Part shown: positions 18,199 to 27,581 of the stretch, piece by piece
Position numbering within the stretch: the stretch's first letter is position 1
How the letters are laid out: every line of letters starts with the position of its first letter
Assembly: GCA_041946735.1 (NCBI GenBank)
Contig: JBHGAY010000001.1
Coordinates: 1-64,000, forward strand
Direction of reading: 5' to 3'
From: Candidatus Eiseniibacteriota bacterium
GTDB taxonomy: Bacteria > Eisenbacteria > RBG-16-71-46 > CAIMUX01 > VGJL01
DNA: 64,000 bases
Position numbers and translations under genes: made by a program
Notes under the pieces: model-generated
The model's input: only the letters and a program-made list of their open reading frames with translations
What the model was told of the DNA's origin: nothing
Database searches by the model: none

Positions 18199-20760
18199 CT
18201 AGAACTTGTCCTGCGACACGATCAAGGTTGCGGTCGCGACGTGCTCGTCCTGCGGATCCTTGATGTGGAAGGTGCGGATCGCGTGGTCGAGCTTATGCGT
18301 CGAGAGGGCGGGATGCGCGAGGGACCCGTCCTTCTCGAGCACCTCGTCCCTCGTTTCCGCCTCGATGATCAGCTGGAAGGCGTCGACGCCCGTGCGCCAC
18401 TGGATGATCTCCCCGGGATGGACGGCGTAGCAGTCCTCGCTGGCGATCTGGAGAACGCCGTCCTGGTCGTACACGAGGATCACGTTCTCCTTGGCGGTCT
18501 TGTTGTACTGCGGCGGCGGCGGCGGTGTCGGCGGCGCCGGTGGCGGGGTCGGCGGCGGTGCCGGACCGCTCCCTGGCGGGCGCTTCGCCTCCGGAGGTCC
18601 CTGCTTGCCTCCCTTCCCGAACGGTTCCGTTCCCATCACGTCCTCCTTCTCACGCTCACGGTCGGATTCCACGGACGGCTCGTAGCGTCGCAGCAGAGCC
18701 GCGACCTCTTCGGACTGCACACATTCGCGGAACGCTCGGTCCCGGCGCAGCGCGGACGCGCGGAAGCCGAGCTTCAGCGCCGCCTCCATGTGGGCGAGGC
18801 ATCCCTCCCGGTCCCCCGTCTCCCAGCAGACCGAGGCGGCCGACACTTCGACGTCGACCCAGCCGCCTCCGAGCGAGAGCGCCCGTTGGATGCGAAGGCG
18901 CGCGGCCGTCCTGTCGCCCACTTCTAGGTACAGCTCGGCGAGCTGCGCGAGCACGACCGCGTCGCGCGGGTTCTCGGCCGCCGCCGCTTCGGCCAGCTCG
19001 ATCGAGCGCAGGAAGGCGTGGCGGGTTCGCTCCGGGTCCCGGCCGAGCACGAGCAGCGTGAGCGCGAGCGCCTTCCAGACGAGGAAATCATGATCCTGCA
19101 GGCGCAACGCCTCCTCGAGCACCTCGACCGCCTCCTCGGGGCGGTCGGTATCGCGGTAGAGCGAGGCGAGGTTGCAGAGCGCGGCGTAGTTCGGGCGGAT
19201 CGCTTGCGCGGTGCGGTACGCCTCGATCGCCTCGCCGATCCGCCCCTCGTATTGCAGCGCGGCGCCGAGGTCGGAGTAGCTGCGCGAGTCGTCCGGAGCG
19301 CGGTCGACCGCGTCGAAAATGTGGGCGATCGCCTCGGCCATGCGGCCGCGGCGCAGGCAGAAGCGACCGAGGACGGCGTGCGTCTCCGCCCAGTCGGATC
19401 GCTGCCGCACGCATCGCTCCAGCTCCGCCTCCGCTTCCTCGTAGCGTCCGGCGCTCTCGAGCGAAAGCGCGTGACCGATGCGGGCGGGCACCCAGGAGGG
19501 ATCCTGCTCGAGCGCCTCGCGGAAGGACGCCTCCGCCAGCTCCGTCCTCCCGGTGTGCCGCTGCGTCGTCCCCATGGCGGTGAGGACGGCGGCGGAGCTC
19601 GGATCGATCGTGTGCGCCCGCAGCGCTGCTTCCTCGGCCTTGTCCTTCCAGCGGTCCTCGTGCGTCTCCATATGGCGGGCCCACCAGGTTTCGGCGAGAC
19701 CGGCCCAAGCGACGGCGAGATCAGGATCCTCCCGAAGCGAGCGCTCGAAGAGACGCTCCGCATCGAGGAGATTCGCTTCCGTGCGGGGGCGCTCGAGGTA
19801 GCGCAGTCCCTGCAGGTAGAAGTCGCGGGCGCCGGGCGCCGCCGCGCGCGGCGACGATCCGCGCCACGGCGTCTCGCCATAGACGAGCGAGCGCAGGTCG
19901 CGGAGCGAGGCGGCCGCGGGGCGGGCGCGCGGGTCACGGTCGAGCAACGCGTGGACGATCCGCGCGAGCGAAGCGGGAACGGCAGGGATGATCGAGCGGA
20001 TCGCGGGCGGCTGCGCGCGCAGGATCGCATCGCGCGTCTCGGGGATCGTCGGGCGGAAGAAGGGATGCCGGCCGGTGAGCATCTCATAGAAGACGAGACC
20101 GAGCGCGAAGAGATCGGCTGGAGGGGCCGGCGCATCGCCGAGGATCCGCTCGGGAGCCATGTACGCCGGCGTCCCTCCGAGACGCGGCTCCCCCTCCGAC
20201 TCCGTCGGGTCCGCCGCGCGCTCCGCCGCGTTCGCCGTTTCACCGGAAGGACAGGAGGGCTCCGGCGCCCAGCGATAGGCGAAGCCGAAGTCGAGGAAGT
20301 GCGGGCGCCCCTCACGGTCGACGAGGATGTTCTCCGGCTTCACGTCGCAGTGCACGATTCGCTGCGCGTGGGCGGTTGCGAGCGCAGCGAGACACTCCTC
20401 CGCGAACGGGTAGAAACGCTCGAGCGGCCATGCCTGGCCGAGATGCGCGCGGAGCGTGGGACCGTCGACCCATTCGGTGACGAGGACCGCTTCCCCTTCG
20501 TGCTCGAGGATGTCGTAGGTGGCGACGATGGCGGGATGGCGAAGCGTCGCGCCCGCGCGTCCCTCGTGAAGCAGGCGCCGCGCCCGCTCCCGCAAATCCT
20601 CGTTGCCGGGGCGAAGCCGCTTCAGGGCAACGTCGCGGCGCAGCCCAACGTCGAAGGCGCGGTACACGTCCCCGGTGCCCCCCGCGCCCCGGTGTTCGCG
20701 GACCTCGTACCGGCCGATCGCGCGGCCGGTCCAGTCCGCCGACGGCGGCTGGGAATCCAT
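18199..20760 (-). CDS. Hanks-type Ser/Thr protein kinase with TPR repeats and C-terminal Pro-rich/beta domain
   Basis: GAGGTGDVY, VALK, HCDVKPEN, DFG, GTPAYMAPE, DLFALG; multiple TPRs; no transmembrane segment. Confidence 0.92.
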   Translation of the reverse strand: MDSQPPSADWTGRAIGRYEVREHRGAGGTGDVYRAFDVGLRRDVALKRLRPGNEDLRERARRLLHEGRAGATLRHPAIVATYDILEHEGEAVLVTEWVDGPTLRAHLGQAWPLERFYPFAEECLAALATAHAQRIVHCDVKPENILVDREGRPHFLDFGFAYRWAPEPSCPSGETANAAERAADPTESEGEPRLGGTPAYMAPERILGDAPAPPADLFALGLVFYEMLTGRHPFFRPTIPETRDAILRAQPPAIRSIIPAVPASLARIVHALLDRDPRARPAAASLRDLRSLVYGETPWRGSSPRAAAPGARDFYLQGLRYLERPRTEANLLDAERLFERSLREDPDLAVAWAGLAETWWARHMETHEDRWKDKAEEAALRAHTIDPSSAAVLTAMGTTQRHTGRTELAEASFREALEQDPSWVPARIGHALSLESAGRYEEAEAELERCVRQRSDWAETHAVLGRFCLRRGRMAEAIAHIFDAVDRAPDDSRSYSDLGAALQYEGRIGEAIEAYRTAQAIRPNYAALCNLASLYRDTDRPEEAVEVLEEALRLQDHDFLVWKALALTLLVLGRDPERTRHAFLRSIELAEAAAAENPRDAVVLAQLAELYLEVGDRTAARLRIQRALSLGGGWVDVEVSAASVCWETGDREGCLAHMEAALKLGFRASALRRDRAFRECVQSEEVAALLRRYEPSVESDREREKEDVMGTEPFGKGGKQGPPEAKRPPGSGPAPPPTPPPAPPTPPPPPQYNKTAKENVILVYDQDGVLQIASEDCYAVHPGEIIQWRTGVDAFQLIIEAETRDEVLEKDGSLAHPALSTHKLDHAIRTFHIKDPQDEHVATATLIVSQDKF

Positions 20761-20768
20761 GCGGAAGG

Positions 20769-20797
20769 ATCGTAGTCCCGGCGCGGGCGCCCGGCAA
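20769..20797 (-). promoter_or_regulatory. Putative sigma70 promoter TTGCCG-N17-TACGAT, 8 nt before the kinase ATG (near-leaderless)
   Basis: Consensus-like hexamers with canonical spacing; no SD before the ATG. Confidence 0.55.
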
Positions 20798-20987
20798 CGC
20801 GGAGCAGGCGGGGTGGGCGGTCGCCTCGCGGGTCCGCAGGCGTCGGGCAGGCGGGGTGGGAGGCGGGCTTGGCGCGCCGGGGCGGCAGCCCATACGCCGA
20901 AAGCCCGGGAGCGGCGCGACCGCCGCCCCCGGGCCCCTGTCGGGAAACCCTCGCGGACCTCTGCGGGCCTCGCGCCGACGCCTTCGC

Positions 20988-21662
20988 CTACTGCTTGCCG
21001 CCGGCCGGCGGGATCGGCTCCGGCACCTTGTTCTTGATCGGCGGGATCGACTGCAGGTAGGTGAAGACCGCGTGCAGGTCGTCATCGGTCAGCGCGGCGA
21101 GGTTGAAGTACGGCATGGGGGGCAGGATCGGCCGCCCGCGGCCCTGATGCCGCCCGGACTTCATCGTCGCTCGGAAGTCCGCTTCGGTCCACTTTCCGAG
21201 GCCGGTGTCCGGATCGGGCGTCAAGTTCGCCGGAAAGCTCACGCCCCACGGCCCGGACCACGCGGTCATCGTCGCCGAGGCCGTGATCGCCCATGGGGCC
21301 TTCGACGGGTCGATCGCGGGAGCAGCCGGCATCTTCAGATCCTGGGGATGCCCGGAGAGCATCCGCGTCATGTCCATCTCCGGACCGTTCTGCCCCATCT
21401 TCCACGGGGTGTGGCAATCGTTGCAGCCCATGATGCTGACGAGGTACTCGCCGCGTTTCACCACGTCGGCGTTCGACGCGGCCGCGCCGCCAGCCGCGCC
21501 CTGCGCTTGCGCCGAGCCGGGTCCGCCGATCGTGAGCGCAACGACGGCGACGGTCAGGACGAATGTGCAGGCGGCACCCAACGCGTAGACCTTCCGGTCG
21601 CCAAGACGCCCGCGGACGCGGCCGCCGAGGCGGCCGGCATCACCGACACGCAGATCGTTCAT
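20988..21662 (-). CDS. Exported mono-heme c-type cytochrome
   Basis: Signal/TM segment; RGEYLV..GCNDCHTP, PWGVSFPANLTPD.DTGLG.W, PPMP; ATGA overlap with upstream gene. Confidence 0.9.
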   Translation of the reverse strand: MNDLRVGDAGRLGGRVRGRLGDRKVYALGAACTFVLTVAVVALTIGGPGSAQAQGAAGGAAASNADVVKRGEYLVSIMGCNDCHTPWKMGQNGPEMDMTRMLSGHPQDLKMPAAPAIDPSKAPWAITASATMTAWSGPWGVSFPANLTPDPDTGLGKWTEADFRATMKSGRHQGRGRPILPPMPYFNLAALTDDDLHAVFTYLQSIPPIKNKVPEPIPPAGGKQ

Positions 21663-22864
21663 CGACTTCCATCCTCCGTTCCATGCAGTTTCGTGAAAGT
21701 TTCGACGTCCCGCGGGCCGAGGTCGTCGCGAATCCATCCTCTGATCAGCGCCACGGCCACGGAGTCGACGAGGTTCGTGCCGAGGGGAGGCATCTGGAGA
21801 AGTGGCTGGCGGGAGGACATCCTCGTCACGACGAGGCTCTTGTCCGGATTTCCCGCCGCGATCCTCCACGAGTACGCCTCGGGATCGGCGGACGGCTGGT
21901 AGCGGCTCGCGCGGCTCACCGCCGTGAAGAGCGCCCTCGCCCGGGTCCCCTTGACGGCGCCGAGCGAATACTCGAGCGAGAGACCGAGCTGCGCGAGCGG
22001 CCCCGACTCGTTGTGACAGATCCCGCAGTTCGCGCTGAGATATCCCAGCGCGGCGCGCTCGCGCGGCGTCGAGGCCTCGACGCGCGGCGGGTGGCTGACG
22101 AGGTCCTCGGGCAGTCCCGCGATCCATCCCCGGTCCACGAACCCCTTGAGATCGAGCGCGCCGGGAAGCGGGGTCTGCTGGTGGGGCGCCATAGGGTCTC
22201 GATCGCTGGAGAGCTGGAGCGCCGTGAAGCCGAGGATCCTTTCCGGACGCCCTTCGTGGCAGGCGAGGCAGTCGTACCGGCTGGGGATGTCATGGCCGAC
22301 GCCCGGCGCGATCCCGACGACCGAGCGGATTCCCTGCTCCGGCGCGAGGACCGCGTCGGTCCCTTCCGCATTCCACCGGTAGGCGAAGTACATCCACTCG
22401 CCGTTGTCGCCGCGTGTGATGAAGCGTGTCTCGACCGGCCGCCCGTCGAAGGAGAACTCCTTCCAGAAGCGCGTGCCGATCGGGAACTGCCAGTGGTCGG
22501 GGTCGGACGCATCGATGTGCGTGCCCGGCGGAATGTGAACCCAGCGCCGCTTCACGGCGCCATCGCTCCACAGCGGGTACTGCGGCTCGTAGGAAATGTT
22601 CTCCTGCGCGACCGTTCTCGTCGCCGGATCGGAGTAGAGCCCCGTATCGGCGAGCCGCGCCGGCGCGGCGTCCGTCGCCGGCCCAGCGCTCGATCCCGAA
22701 GCGACATCGGAACCCGACGCCAGGCCGGCGGAGGAGCGGGGCACCGCCGCGAGGAAGGTCGCCACGGCGGCCAGCAGCGCGAACGCGAGGATCCATCCGA
22801 GCGGACTGCCCGCTCGCCGGTGCGTTCGCAGCCTCGGCCCTACTCTCGTCCCTTCCCGCAACAT
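21659..22864 (-). CDS. Exported di-heme c-type cytochrome (SO2930-like)
   Basis: CLACH and CGICH; PLWSDGAVKRRW, FPIGTRFWKEF, VETR, QMPPLGT; start chosen at ATG 22864 with GGAG/GAGGT SD. Confidence 0.88.
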   Translation of the reverse strand: MLREGTRVGPRLRTHRRAGSPLGWILAFALLAAVATFLAAVPRSSAGLASGSDVASGSSAGPATDAAPARLADTGLYSDPATRTVAQENISYEPQYPLWSDGAVKRRWVHIPPGTHIDASDPDHWQFPIGTRFWKEFSFDGRPVETRFITRGDNGEWMYFAYRWNAEGTDAVLAPEQGIRSVVGIAPGVGHDIPSRYDCLACHEGRPERILGFTALQLSSDRDPMAPHQQTPLPGALDLKGFVDRGWIAGLPEDLVSHPPRVEASTPRERAALGYLSANCGICHNESGPLAQLGLSLEYSLGAVKGTRARALFTAVSRASRYQPSADPEAYSWRIAAGNPDKSLVVTRMSSRQPLLQMPPLGTNLVDSVAVALIRGWIRDDLGPRDVETFTKLHGTEDGSR

Positions 22865-22904
22865 CGCTCTCACCTCTCCGCCGGCCTTGCCTTCCGGGTC
22901 GTCT

Positions 22905-22939
22905 CTCTCCAACGACTCTCCAACGACTCTCTCCAACGA
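22905..22939. repeat. Three copies of CTCTCCAACGA
   Basis: 22905-22915, 22916-22926 and 22929-22939, between the hemerythrin and cytochrome genes. Confidence 0.75.
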
Positions 22940-22952
22940 TCGAGAAGCAGGA

Positions 22953-23579
22953 TCAGGCAAACGTCGCTTCGCGCATCGACGCGGGGATCGTCTCGTACAG
23001 CTCGGCCGGCAGAAGCTTCTGCAGTCCGGCGAGGAATCCCGCCCGCTCCACCGGGCTGATCTCCGGCAGCAGCGCTCCCGCCCAGCGGGTCAGCGCGAGC
23101 GGCTCGATCGACCGGAGGATCGTCACGCGCATCGCGATCAGCTCGTCATCGGTCTTGTGGGCGCGCAGGAGGCGGTTCGCCACCGTCTCCTCGCGCTCCA
23201 TATGGAGGAGGTGCTCCGCGGCGAGGCGTCCGAGCTTCTCGTGCAGCCGGGCGCCCAGCGACTCGCGCTCGGTCCCTTCCGATGCGATGACGCGGTCGAG
23301 AAGCTGGCCGATCTCGGTCTGCAGCCCGCCGATCCTCAAGTGATCGCCGTGGAGATCGGCGTAGACGGCAGGGCCGAGCTTCTCGACCTCGGGGAAGATC
23401 ACCGCGTCCTCGGCCCGCGCGTGCTCCTCGAGCAGCTCGAGGAGCTGCCTCACGGCGAGGACGACCCGCTGCGTGGACTCGGAATCGCGGTAGTCGGCCC
23501 GCGCGGCCTCGCGCACCGAGTCGAACAGGGCGGCCCGGATCCCCTTGTGCACCGTCGTGAAGAGATCATTGCGTGCCAT
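22953..23579 (-). CDS. Hemerythrin-like (HHE) domain protein
   Basis: VHKGIR, EEHARAED..IFP, GDH, HLLHMEREE; AAGGAGG SD. Confidence 0.9.
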   Translation of the reverse strand: MARNDLFTTVHKGIRAALFDSVREAARADYRDSESTQRVVLAVRQLLELLEEHARAEDAVIFPEVEKLGPAVYADLHGDHLRIGGLQTEIGQLLDRVIASEGTERESLGARLHEKLGRLAAEHLLHMEREETVANRLLRAHKTDDELIAMRVTILRSIEPLALTRWAGALLPEISPVERAGFLAGLQKLLPAELYETIPASMREATFA

Positions 23580-23649
23580 GCGTCGCTTCCTCCTTCTTGC
23601 TCTTGCTTCGTCCTGCGTTTCTTTCGCGCCTGTGTGGCTTCGAAAGCGC

Positions 23650-23749
23650 AGGTTAGGGGGAAGCGAGTCGGAGCGGTTCCTAAATGGTCCCTTGCGAATC
23701 CCTAAGAGTTTCCTAACCGGAGAGTTTGTTGACCGGCAGGACTTCCTAA
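23650..23749 (-). promoter_or_regulatory. Promoter with -10 TAACCT and phased TTAGGAA boxes (putative winged-helix activator sites)
   Basis: On +: TTCCTAA 23677, TCCCTTG 23688, TCCCTAA 23699, TTCCTAA 23710, TTCCTAA 23743, all offsets multiples of 11; AGGTTA at 23650-23655. Confidence 0.65.
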
Positions 23750-23871
23750 CCGGGCGGGGAGTTTCGAGGACGGGGTGCGGGTACCGAACGGGCTGCTGTC
23801 GTGGGAAAGCGGCGCATACGCGGCAAGGGGACCGCCTCCGGATGGAGACGGTCCCCCTTCGCTCACGGCGC

Positions 23872-23943
23872 CACGCGCTGCGCCGCGACTGCACCCACAC
23901 ACTGCGCCGCTGCCGCACTCATGCGCTGCGCCGCGACTGCGGA
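23872..23943. repeat. Three imperfect 24-bp tandem repeats (CACGCGCTGCGCCGCGACTGCACC-like)
   Basis: Intergenic; read directly from the sequence. Confidence 0.7.
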
Positions 23944-23978
23944 CACCCGCCTGGGCGGCTCGGGCCCGCCGCGTGCGA

Positions 23979-26900
23979 TCACTCGTCGAGGACGACGACC
24001 CTGCGCCCGGCTCCGCCGCGCGACGTCTCGACGCGCGCGAGGTAGATCCCCTTCGCGACGCGGCGGCCACCGTCGTCGGTCAGGTCCCACGAGATCGCCT
24101 GCTCTCCGGCCGGGAACGCGCCGTCCGCAAGCGTCCGCACCTCGCGCCCGCTAACGTCGTAGACGGTCAGGCGAACATCGCCGGGCTCGGGCAGATCGAA
24201 GACGAGCGGCGCGCTGCCGCGGGCGGGATTGCGCCCCGCGAGACGGAGCGTCACGCCGCCGGCCGCTCCGTGCTGCGTCGACGGCCAGCCATCGACGACG
24301 TCGCTCGGCACCGCGTCCAGCCTGCGCACGTCGGTCTCGTGCTGCCCGTTGCCGGCCGGTGTGAACCACGGCGAGTACGGAGCCCACCGCGACCCGCTCC
24401 TCACGCGCAGCCGCCAGTGATGTCCCTCCCCCAGGTCCAGGTCGTTCACGAGCATGCTGAAGATCTCGCGGCTTCCCCAGCCCCCGGCGGGGCTGCCCGT
24501 GTCGAACCATCCTCCCTGGATCAGATTCGAACCGTCGAAGGGAACGCCGGCCGGCTCGATCTCGTATTGGACGCTGACGTACTCGCGTCCCATCGGATGC
24601 CGAGCCCAACCTTGCAGGCGGAACCCCTCCGGCCCGACGCGACCGCGGAGCGGAATCGTCTGGCCGCTCGTCGGGTGGATCTGATGGACGAGCCGCTCCG
24701 GACCGACATGCCCGCTCTGGTGGAAGACGAGAACCTTCGGGACGTTGTCGTTGTCGCAGGTCTGACGCACGAGCGCGACCTCCGGACTGCCGTCGCCGTC
24801 GACGTCCCCCCAGGCCGCCATCGCCTGGCCGATCCGCGCGCGGCTCGAAGAGCCGGTGTAGAGCCAATCGGGCGCCGTCGGTCCCGGGAACGGAGCGAGG
24901 AAGAGCTGGACCTGGCCGAACTTCGGGTAGAAAAGGTCGCCGTAGTCGAACCACGGAGCGCCGACGAGCAGGTCGCCGAGGCCGTCGCCGTTGACGTCGC
25001 CCACGCCGCTCACGCGAGCCCCGAAGGCGTCCGTATCATTGCCGCCCGCGCGGCTCCAGATCAGCTGCGCCGTGCCGGCGGCCGTCCCCTTGTAGACGTG
25101 AATCCATCCAAGCTCGTAGGCCTCGAGCCAGCCGCGGCCGGGAGCGCCGGCGACGAAGTCGCTGCGCCCGTCGCCGTTCACGTCCCCGAGGCCGGCGACG
25201 CTCGCGCCGAGGAATCCCTTGTCCGCGGTGCCGAAGACGTGCCAATCGGAGATCGAGTCCGGCTCGGCGCCGCCGAGGAAGAGATCGATCCGCCCTGCGG
25301 TGATGCCGTTGTTCGTTGCCAACGGAGTGCCGACGACGACGTCGTCGTAGCCGTCGCCGTTGGTGTCGCCCGCGCAAGCCACCGACCACCCGAAGCGCGC
25401 GTACGGGGAGGAGACGTGCGCGGCGAACGCTTCGGTCAGCCCGTTCGGTCCGCCCAGGTAGAAGTGCACCCGTCCGTCGTCGTAGTCGAAGAGCGGCTCG
25501 CCGACGACCACGTCCGCGTAGCCGTCGCCATTGATGTCGCCGGCCGAGGAGAGGCTGACCGCGAACCCTTCTGCCTGGCCTTCCAGCACCATCGCGGGCT
25601 CGGCGGCGAGCCCATCCGGCCCGCCGTGGAAGAGATGCACGAATCCGGGATAGTCCGGGTCGCCGTTCGCCGCATAGGCGGGAGATCCGATCAGTAGATC
25701 CTCGTAGCCGTCGCCGTTGACGTCGCCCGCCGTCGAGAGCACGCCGCCGAACTCCTTCACGCCGGTCGGGTCGTAGGTCCAGTCCGGCGAATCGGACAGT
25801 CCCGCGTGGCCGCCATAGAACGCCTCCGCGTGTCCGGTCCAGTACACGCCCCAGTCCGGATCGCCCACGGCGAGATCGCTGAAGCCGTCGCCGTTCCAAT
25901 CGCCGAGAGCCGTCTCGACTCCCGCCGTGATGGCCGGATCGCGGACGAGGCCGGTCCAGCTCCATTGCGGTGTCGCTGGAAGCCGGCGCGCGCTGCCGTA
26001 GTAGCCGAAGACGCGCCCTTCGTCCCCTTCTCCGGCGTCGAAGGAGTAGGCGCCGATGACGAGATCGCTGCGGCCGTCGCCGTCGACGTCCCCCGCGCCG
26101 CTGACGCTCGCGCCGAAGTAGGCGTTCGCCTGGGCGCAGATGTACTGGCGGGCAGCGTCCGGACCGTCCGGGCTGCCGAGGTAGACGAGGACGAGCCCTT
26201 CGTTCGGCTCGTAGTACTGGTAGGTGCTCGCGCCGATGGCGAGGTCGGCGTAGCCATCGCCGTCGACGTCGCCGGCCGGCGCCACGCACGCGCCGAACGC
26301 GCCGCCCGCCTGGTCCCCCTCGTAGGTCCAGGATGCGGTCGCCTGCGGACCGTTGGCGCCGCCTCGGAAGATGTGCACACGCCCCTCGTCGACCTGGCCG
26401 TGATCCTCGTTCATCGCCCCGATCGCGACCTCGCCGTAGCCGTCGCCGTCCATGTCGCCGACGCCGCAAACCGAGCCCCCGAAGAAGGCGCTCGCCTGGT
26501 TGCTCTCGACGCGCCAGGCGGGATCGATCGCGAGTCCGAAGAGACCGCCGAGGTAGACGATCGCGCACCCCTCGCCCGACTGGCCGTTGGTCCAGGTCGG
26601 GGCGCCGGCGACCACGTCATCGAACCCGTCGCCGTTGACGTCCCCCGCCCACGCGACGCTCGCTCCGAACCAGCAGTTCGCGACGTTCGACTCGCGCGTC
26701 GTCGACGGCTCCTGGGGCAGGCCGTAATGGGATCCGTAGTAGAGCAGGACGGCCCCTTCGTTCTGCGAGCCGTTGTCGTAGCGAGGGGCGCCGATCGCGA
26801 CGTCGTCCAGGCCGTCCCCGTTCACGTCGCCGACGCCCGCGATCGCGGTGCCGAAGCCGGAGTAGGCCTGGTTCGACTCGACGCTCCAGTCCGGCGTGGA

Positions 26901-27401
26901 GGACGGCCCGTTCGCATGGCCGAGGAACAGGTCGACGCGCCCTTCCTCCGTCTCGCCGTTGGCGTACTTCGGGGAGGAGACGAGCAGGTCGTCGAAGCCG
27001 TCGCCGTTCACGTCCCCGGCGGCGGAGACGACCGCACCGAAGCGGGAGGAGTTCTGAGAGCCGTGCGCCGTCCATGCCGGTTGCGAGACGAAGCCGTTCG
27101 GGCCGCCGTAGTAGAGGCGGGCTCCACCGAGATCGAGGAGCATGCCGTGCTCCCAAGGGGAGCCGACGATCACGTCGCCGTAGCCGTCGCCGTTCACGTC
27201 GCCGGCCGCGGCGACCGATGCTCCGAAGGCCGCGCCTTGCACCGGTCCGGTGGCCGTCCAGTCGGGCATCGGATCGGGATCGAGGGCTTCCGCGCGCTCT
27301 GCGCCGCCGAACGCCATGAGCGCCACGAGCGAAGCGATCGCGGCGAGGAGCGCGCTTCTCCAACGCCGCAGTCGATCGAGTTTCCTGCCAGTCCGCTGCA
27401 T
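23979..27401 (-). CDS. Secreted FG-GAP (integrin-alpha-like) repeat protein with C-terminal FlgD-Ig-like domain
   Basis: More than ten FG.SV..AGDVNGDG..D..VGAP repeats; C-terminal NP..YDVSGREV..WD.TD..GIYLARV; AAGGAGG SD before ATG 27401. Confidence 0.93.
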   Translation of the reverse strand: MQRTGRKLDRLRRWRSALLAAIASLVALMAFGGAERAEALDPDPMPDWTATGPVQGAAFGASVAAAGDVNGDGYGDVIVGSPWEHGMLLDLGGARLYYGGPNGFVSQPAWTAHGSQNSSRFGAVVSAAGDVNGDGFDDLLVSSPKYANGETEEGRVDLFLGHANGPSSTPDWSVESNQAYSGFGTAIAGVGDVNGDGLDDVAIGAPRYDNGSQNEGAVLLYYGSHYGLPQEPSTTRESNVANCWFGASVAWAGDVNGDGFDDVVAGAPTWTNGQSGEGCAIVYLGGLFGLAIDPAWRVESNQASAFFGGSVCGVGDMDGDGYGEVAIGAMNEDHGQVDEGRVHIFRGGANGPQATASWTYEGDQAGGAFGACVAPAGDVDGDGYADLAIGASTYQYYEPNEGLVLVYLGSPDGPDAARQYICAQANAYFGASVSGAGDVDGDGRSDLVIGAYSFDAGEGDEGRVFGYYGSARRLPATPQWSWTGLVRDPAITAGVETALGDWNGDGFSDLAVGDPDWGVYWTGHAEAFYGGHAGLSDSPDWTYDPTGVKEFGGVLSTAGDVNGDGYEDLLIGSPAYAANGDPDYPGFVHLFHGGPDGLAAEPAMVLEGQAEGFAVSLSSAGDINGDGYADVVVGEPLFDYDDGRVHFYLGGPNGLTEAFAAHVSSPYARFGWSVACAGDTNGDGYDDVVVGTPLATNNGITAGRIDLFLGGAEPDSISDWHVFGTADKGFLGASVAGLGDVNGDGRSDFVAGAPGRGWLEAYELGWIHVYKGTAAGTAQLIWSRAGGNDTDAFGARVSGVGDVNGDGLGDLLVGAPWFDYGDLFYPKFGQVQLFLAPFPGPTAPDWLYTGSSSRARIGQAMAAWGDVDGDGSPEVALVRQTCDNDNVPKVLVFHQSGHVGPERLVHQIHPTSGQTIPLRGRVGPEGFRLQGWARHPMGREYVSVQYEIEPAGVPFDGSNLIQGGWFDTGSPAGGWGSREIFSMLVNDLDLGEGHHWRLRVRSGSRWAPYSPWFTPAGNGQHETDVRRLDAVPSDVVDGWPSTQHGAAGGVTLRLAGRNPARGSAPLVFDLPEPGDVRLTVYDVSGREVRTLADGAFPAGEQAISWDLTDDGGRRVAKGIYLARVETSRGGAGRRVVVLDE

Positions 27402-27581
27402 TTCGTTCCCTCCTTGTTCGGTGGATGGGGCCGCCGCAGGGAGGTACGAGACCTGCCCGCCCGCTGCGAGCGCCCGAACACCGGAGAACGAAGGAAGGGA
27501 GGAAAAGCGCACGCGGAGGCCGCGAGCGCTCGCCAGGCGCTTCCCGAGAGGACTTCGCCTTGGACCGGCCAGGGGTTGGCG

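Noticed and set aside
23872..23943. Possible His/Cys peptide ORF (HALRRDC repeats) or CRISPR
   Set aside because: No start, SD or codon-bias support and no spacers; treated as an intergenic tandem repeat.
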